Assembly (NCBI GenBank): GCA_027858955.1
Contig: JAQIBR010000205.1
Coordinates: 3,845-67,844, forward strand
Direction: 5' to 3'
Length of the DNA stretch: 64,000 nucleotides
Source: Bacteroidales bacterium
GTDB lineage: Bacteria; Bacteroidota; Bacteroidia; Bacteroidales; UBA12170
Made by a program: the position numbers and the translations under genes. The notes under the pieces are model-generated. The model made no database searches. It was not told the origin of the DNA and was given only the letters and a program-made list of their open reading frames with translations. This document shows positions 59,977 through 64,000 of this stretch, in pieces (the first letter of the stretch is position 1; each line of letters starts with the position of its first letter).

Positions 59977-62018
59977 TTCTTATTATATTCAATATTTATT
60001 TTTACTCCTGCCTTTAACCATTTTCCGGACTGCAAGATACCATATTCGAAGTATTTTTGATCAAATAGATTAAGTCCATCTGCAAATAAGGTAAAATACT
60101 TGTGTTTGTATTGCAATTTCGCGATCGCTAAAATTACGGCTTTATATGATTCATCTTGATATTCCTGATTTTCAAAATTATAAGTTTGATAAATTCCCAC
60201 TCTATCTCGATAACTTACCGAAAAACCGGCAAAAAGATTAGGCATAATTTTAAAAGTTCCTCCTAAATTTAGTTGATGTTTTAAATGTGTACTTGTATAT
60301 TTAGTGAGATAGGGAATTTCTTTTAATAGCACATCTATATATGTATAATTAAAAAATAAATTATTGATAGTAGACTTGTATGGGGAATAAATAATACCTG
60401 TTTCAAGTCCTGATACTCTTTGCTCAATAATATTCTGAGTTTGCCATTTCCCGATGTCTTCCAACCAAACCCAGTCGATTACATCTTTGCCAAAACGTGA
60501 AAAGTAAACTGCATCGATCTGAATATTAGACTTTTGATATTTTAATCCAAATTCCAAGGATGCCGCTTTTTCAGGTAATAATTCTGCATTCCCCAAATTT
60601 GCAGGTCCTGAATAATACAAATCAGTAAAAGTTGGTAATCGCATTGCCTGATTAATAGAAGCTATTATTTTTAAGTTTGGATTGATTGAATAACTCAAAT
60701 CAAGTCCGGGATATATTGTCAAATTATCATTATAATCTGAATTCCAATTGATTAAAAATCCAAATGCAGCATGAAATTTTGAGCTGATATTCAGTTGATG
60801 GTCTATAAAAACACTTGCATTCGATCGCTGAAAATAATGAGAGAAGTTAAATTCTCCATTCCAAGGAACAGGTTTTAATTCTGTTTGACTTTCTCCCAAA
60901 CTTGTACTCCAAATCGATTCTGATTTAATTTCTGTTCCTATTTGTGTTTTTCCTAAATTACTTGTGAAGCGATGGTTGGATTTAAAACCGTATGTGTCTG
61001 TTTGATGAAAGTTTTGATAAATAGAAGGATTTTCTCGCGTTAGCACCCATTGATCCTGATGTCTTCGCCAAAACAAACTGATTCGGGAAACAAATTGATT
61101 ACCGAAATTCAAATTTGCATTCCCATTATACGCATTATTGTATTCGTACTGCAGAGGATATTTTGCTGAATAAAATCCATTTGCTCCAAATTCTTTTTGT
61201 TGTGCTCCAAATAGAAAATCAACCGTAAATTTATTTGCAATCCATTGAGAATGGAGGAAAATATTGTTCATCTTAAAATCCGTATTTTCCATATAGCCAT
61301 CGCTACCAGATTTTTGATAGCTCAAAAAAGTTCTATTTCGATTTATGGAAAAATTAGCTGAAGTACCAAAACCATAATAAGCATTTTGACCACTTTCACC
61401 ACTTATTTGAAGTTGATTTTTCTCTGAAGGCTGTGTTACAATATTTACTGCTCCAGCAAAAGCATTTGCGCCATATATGCGAGCTGCAGATCCTTCTAAA
61501 ATTTCTATTCGTTCAATTGCATTTGAAACTAGTGGAATATTTAAACTAAAATGTCCTGTTTGTGCATCGGAGAGAGGAATACCATTTAATAAAATAAGAA
61601 CCTGATCGAATGAGCTTGCTCGAAAAGAAATATCGCTTTGAATTCCAAGACCGCCCCTTTGTCTTATATCTAATGCTCTTTGATTACTAAGAATTCCTGC
61701 AATATCCTGTTGGGCAGATTGAAGAATTGTTTGTCTGCTGATTAGGTTTACCAGTCGTGCTTGCTGACTAAAAACCAAAGGTTCAACTGCAGAAATAATC
61801 TCTATTTCTTCAAGCTCCATTTTTTTATCAATCCGCAAAGAATCTTCCTGCGCAAATGAAGTAGCTGTTCCCAAAGCAAGAAGACTGTATGCTACATTCA
61901 GAAAGGCAATTTTGATAATCCTTTTTAAACTGTTAAAAACAGCATAAGGTTTATTTGTCCACTTGCGAAAAGTCATTAACTCTTGTTGGGAAAAAACTGC
62001 AGATTTGAATTGTTTCAT
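59973..62018 (-). CDS. TonB-dependent receptor (BtuB-like)
   Basis: Plug motifs DIRQRG, QVLILLNGIP, IERIEILEGSAARIYGANAFAGAVNI, and RLPTFTDLYY. Confidence 0.9.
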   Translation of the reverse strand: MKQFKSAVFSQQELMTFRKWTNKPYAVFNSLKRIIKIAFLNVAYSLLALGTATSFAQEDSLRIDKKMELEEIEIISAVEPLVFSQQARLVNLISRQTILQSAQQDIAGILSNQRALDIRQRGGLGIQSDISFRASSFDQVLILLNGIPLSDAQTGHFSLNIPLVSNAIERIEILEGSAARIYGANAFAGAVNIVTQPSEKNQLQISGESGQNAYYGFGTSANFSINRNRTFLSYQKSGSDGYMENTDFKMNNIFLHSQWIANKFTVDFLFGAQQKEFGANGFYSAKYPLQYEYNNAYNGNANLNFGNQFVSRISLFWRRHQDQWVLTRENPSIYQNFHQTDTYGFKSNHRFTSNLGKTQIGTEIKSESIWSTSLGESQTELKPVPWNGEFNFSHYFQRSNASVFIDHQLNISSKFHAAFGFLINWNSDYNDNLTIYPGLDLSYSINPNLKIIASINQAMRLPTFTDLYYSGPANLGNAELLPEKAASLEFGLKYQKSNIQIDAVYFSRFGKDVIDWVWLEDIGKWQTQNIIEQRVSGLETGIIYSPYKSTINNLFFNYTYIDVLLKEIPYLTKYTSTHLKHQLNLGGTFKIMPNLFAGFSVSYRDRVGIYQTYNFENQEYQDESYKAVILAIAKLQYKHKYFTLFADGLNLFDQKYFEYGILQSGKWLKAGVKINIEYNKK

Positions 62019-62126
62019 ACTTTTAGCTAATAAGCCGCAAATGTAAACAAATGTAAAAAGTATAAAAGCAAATAAAAAATAATAGTGCCTAGAGTAAATA
62101 TGCGGTATTTTATTGACTAATCGGTA

Positions 62127-63212
62127 TTATTTAAAAATACGTTCTTTATTTAGAAAGTTCCTATATGCCTGAGCATTAATGTTATGTTCTATATTATTTT
62201 TTGCGAAATTATGAAAACCTGAATAATCGGGTTTTGCACAGAAATACATATAACTATGATCCTCGGCATTTAATACAGCATCGATCGAAGAAATTGATGG
62301 GATGCAAATAAGTCCAGGAGGAAGGCCTCTATATTTATATGTATTGTATGGTGAATCCAAAGACATATATTCAGTGAGTACTCGATTTATAGTAAAATCA
62401 CCTAATGCAAAGATAAGTGTTGGATCTGCCTGTAATCTCCATTCTCGCTTTAACCTATTGAGATAAACACCAGCAATGCTAGCTTTTTCAGCGTTTTGCT
62501 GAGTTTCTTTTTCAACAATACTGGCTAATATTGAAACTTGAGCAGGAGTGAATTCAATCGCTATCGCCTTTTTTATTCGTTCTTCGTTCCAAAACTGACG
62601 GTATTCATAATTCATTCGTTCAATGAATTTGTTGGCAGGTGTATTCCAATTAATAAAATACGTATTAGGAATAAACATTGAAATAAAAGTCTCTGTAGAA
62701 AATCCATATTTAGCAGCAATTACACTGTCGTTCAACATTCTTAAAAGCTCTGTGCTATCAGTATAAATTAAATTTGAAATTTTTTCTGCCAAATCTTTTT
62801 TCAGTCTGATATTATTAAAGATTAAGCGAACAGGTTCTTGTTCGCCTGAGCGAAGTTTATTAATTAAATCTTCGTTAGATAAGCCATTTGTAAGTTTATA
62901 CATACCAGGCTTCATATATAGGTTATATTTCTTGTATTTTGCCCACCATTCAAAATTAGCCCGATGTATAATCAAGCCATTGGAATAGAGCTGAGTCTTT
63001 AGATCATCAAAAGTATCTGTAGGTTTAATGTATATAGCAAACTCTGCTTTTTCCTCAGAAACCCAAACGTTAGGTGAAAATATAGCCTGATATGCGAAAT
63101 ATCCACTACCTCCCAAACCTATAAAAATTAAAATAAGTATAGATGTGATTATTTTACCAAATTTACTCTTTTTTTTACGAGACCTGCTGTAGTTGCTGTG
63201 ATAGTATGCCAT
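62127..63212 (-). CDS. mltG: Endolytic transglycosylase MltG
   Basis: LASIVEKET, IAGVYLNRL, LQADPT, SPYNTY..GLPPG.I. Confidence 0.95.
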   Translation of the reverse strand: MAYYHSNYSRSRKKKSKFGKIITSILILIFIGLGGSGYFAYQAIFSPNVWVSEEKAEFAIYIKPTDTFDDLKTQLYSNGLIIHRANFEWWAKYKKYNLYMKPGMYKLTNGLSNEDLINKLRSGEQEPVRLIFNNIRLKKDLAEKISNLIYTDSTELLRMLNDSVIAAKYGFSTETFISMFIPNTYFINWNTPANKFIERMNYEYRQFWNEERIKKAIAIEFTPAQVSILASIVEKETQQNAEKASIAGVYLNRLKREWRLQADPTLIFALGDFTINRVLTEYMSLDSPYNTYKYRGLPPGLICIPSISSIDAVLNAEDHSYMYFCAKPDYSGFHNFAKNNIEHNINAQAYRNFLNKERIFK

Positions 63213-63214
63213 TT

Positions 63215-63754
63215 CTATATAGACTTTTGATTGATCAATTGAAGGATGTATTCATCCTGCCATTTATTATTTAGTAAAACCCAATCTTTTTTTAATCCAA
63301 TAATTGAGAATTGTTGATTCTTGAATAAATCCAAACTGCTTGTATTTGATTCCAAAATGGAACAATAAAGCTGACGCAAATTAAGCACATTAAAACTGTA
63401 TTCAATTAATTTTGTTAAAGCTTTATTTGCATAACCTTTTCTCCGATAATTTTTGTCAATTAAAATTCCAACACCAGCACGCTGATTTTTAGGATCAAAA
63501 TCATATAAATCGATTGCTCCAATAATATCCAGCTCTTTTTTATCGGAGTTGATTAAAGAAATTATAAATCTAGCCTGTTTTTTGGAATAAATATCTTCCT
63601 GTTCGTTGATGATATATTGTTCAACTGCAAAATGAGAAAAGGGGAGAAGCGTATTGCTTAAATGCCACAATTCCATGTCGTTTTCCCAAGCTAGAATTTG
63701 ATCTAAATCATTTAATTCGGGGGTTCTAAGTACAATTTCTAAAGAAGTATCCAT
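63215..63754 (-). CDS. GNAT N-acetyltransferase (RimJ/RimL-like)
   Basis: IGAIDLYDFDP.NQRAGVGI, YRRKGYA. Confidence 0.88.
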   Translation of the reverse strand: MDTSLEIVLRTPELNDLDQILAWENDMELWHLSNTLLPFSHFAVEQYIINEQEDIYSKKQARFIISLINSDKKELDIIGAIDLYDFDPKNQRAGVGILIDKNYRRKGYANKALTKLIEYSFNVLNLRQLYCSILESNTSSLDLFKNQQFSIIGLKKDWVLLNNKWQDEYILQLINQKSI

Positions 63755-63765
63755 TCTTTGCTATT

Positions 63766-63999
63766 TTAAAATTTAATGCTTCCTTTAAAAACATATTCGG
63801 CAGGACCTTCTAAGAAAATATTTGTAAAAATATTCTTTTCTGCCTGAAAGCTCACTTTTAAAACACCTCCCAATGTTTGAATTTGGTAAGAATTATATCT
63901 GTCAGAATTGTTTAAATAGGCTCCAATTGCAGCGGCAGTAACTCCAGTTCCACATGCAAGTGTTTCATTTTCAACCCCACGTTCGTATGTACGAACAAA
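63766..63999 (-). CDS. dapF: Diaminopimelate epimerase, 3' part (gene runs off the window)
   Basis: [19 protein letters not shown]...GGVLKV...[10 protein letters not shown]. Confidence 0.92.
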   Translation of the reverse strand, partial: FVRTYERGVENETLACGTGVTAAAIGAYLNNSDRYNSYQIQTLGGVLKVSFQAEKNIFTNIFLEGPAEYVFKGSIKF

Positions 64000-64000
64000 T

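Noticed and set aside
62019-62126. Expected cobalamin riboswitch upstream of the BtuB-like receptor (also checked before the FecCD genes)
   Set aside because: No B12-box or GGGAA/ACTG core is visible, and the gaps are short and AT-rich.

Overview
AT-rich chromosomal window from an anaerobic or facultative Bacteroidota (Bacteroidales/Marinilabiliales-like), judged from TAnnTTTG promoters, a T9SS cargo protein, GWxTD, DUF4293 and the TBDR-mltG-GNAT-dapF gene order. About 29.3-64 kb is mostly housekeeping (cysH, mpl, rho, rlmB, rpmE2, lon, split transketolase, mltG, dapF) with small palindromic repeats in the intergenic gaps. About 1-29.2 kb looks accessory. (i) A 7-gene ABC/RND hybrid export operon has an AcrB-type RND subunit fused to an ABC ATPase whose NBD is itself split by a predicted 4-helix membrane insert. 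The operon encodes two NBDs, two ABC-2 TMDs, two RNDs, one MFP and one TolC. This is the best candidate for an undescribed system. (ii) That operon and a doubly frameshifted DNA-binding protein/Doc toxin pair lie between two 102-bp diverged direct repeats of the 3' end of an ABC permease gene. (iii) A trimeric [FeFe]-hydrogenase operon carries non-bifurcating signatures, Rex-like boxes, strong Shine-Dalgarno sites and no hydE. (iv) A 5'-truncated monomeric icd remnant sits at the right edge. No CRISPR array, rRNA, tRNA, integrase or intact transposase was seen. All calls come from manual motif reading; no searches were run.
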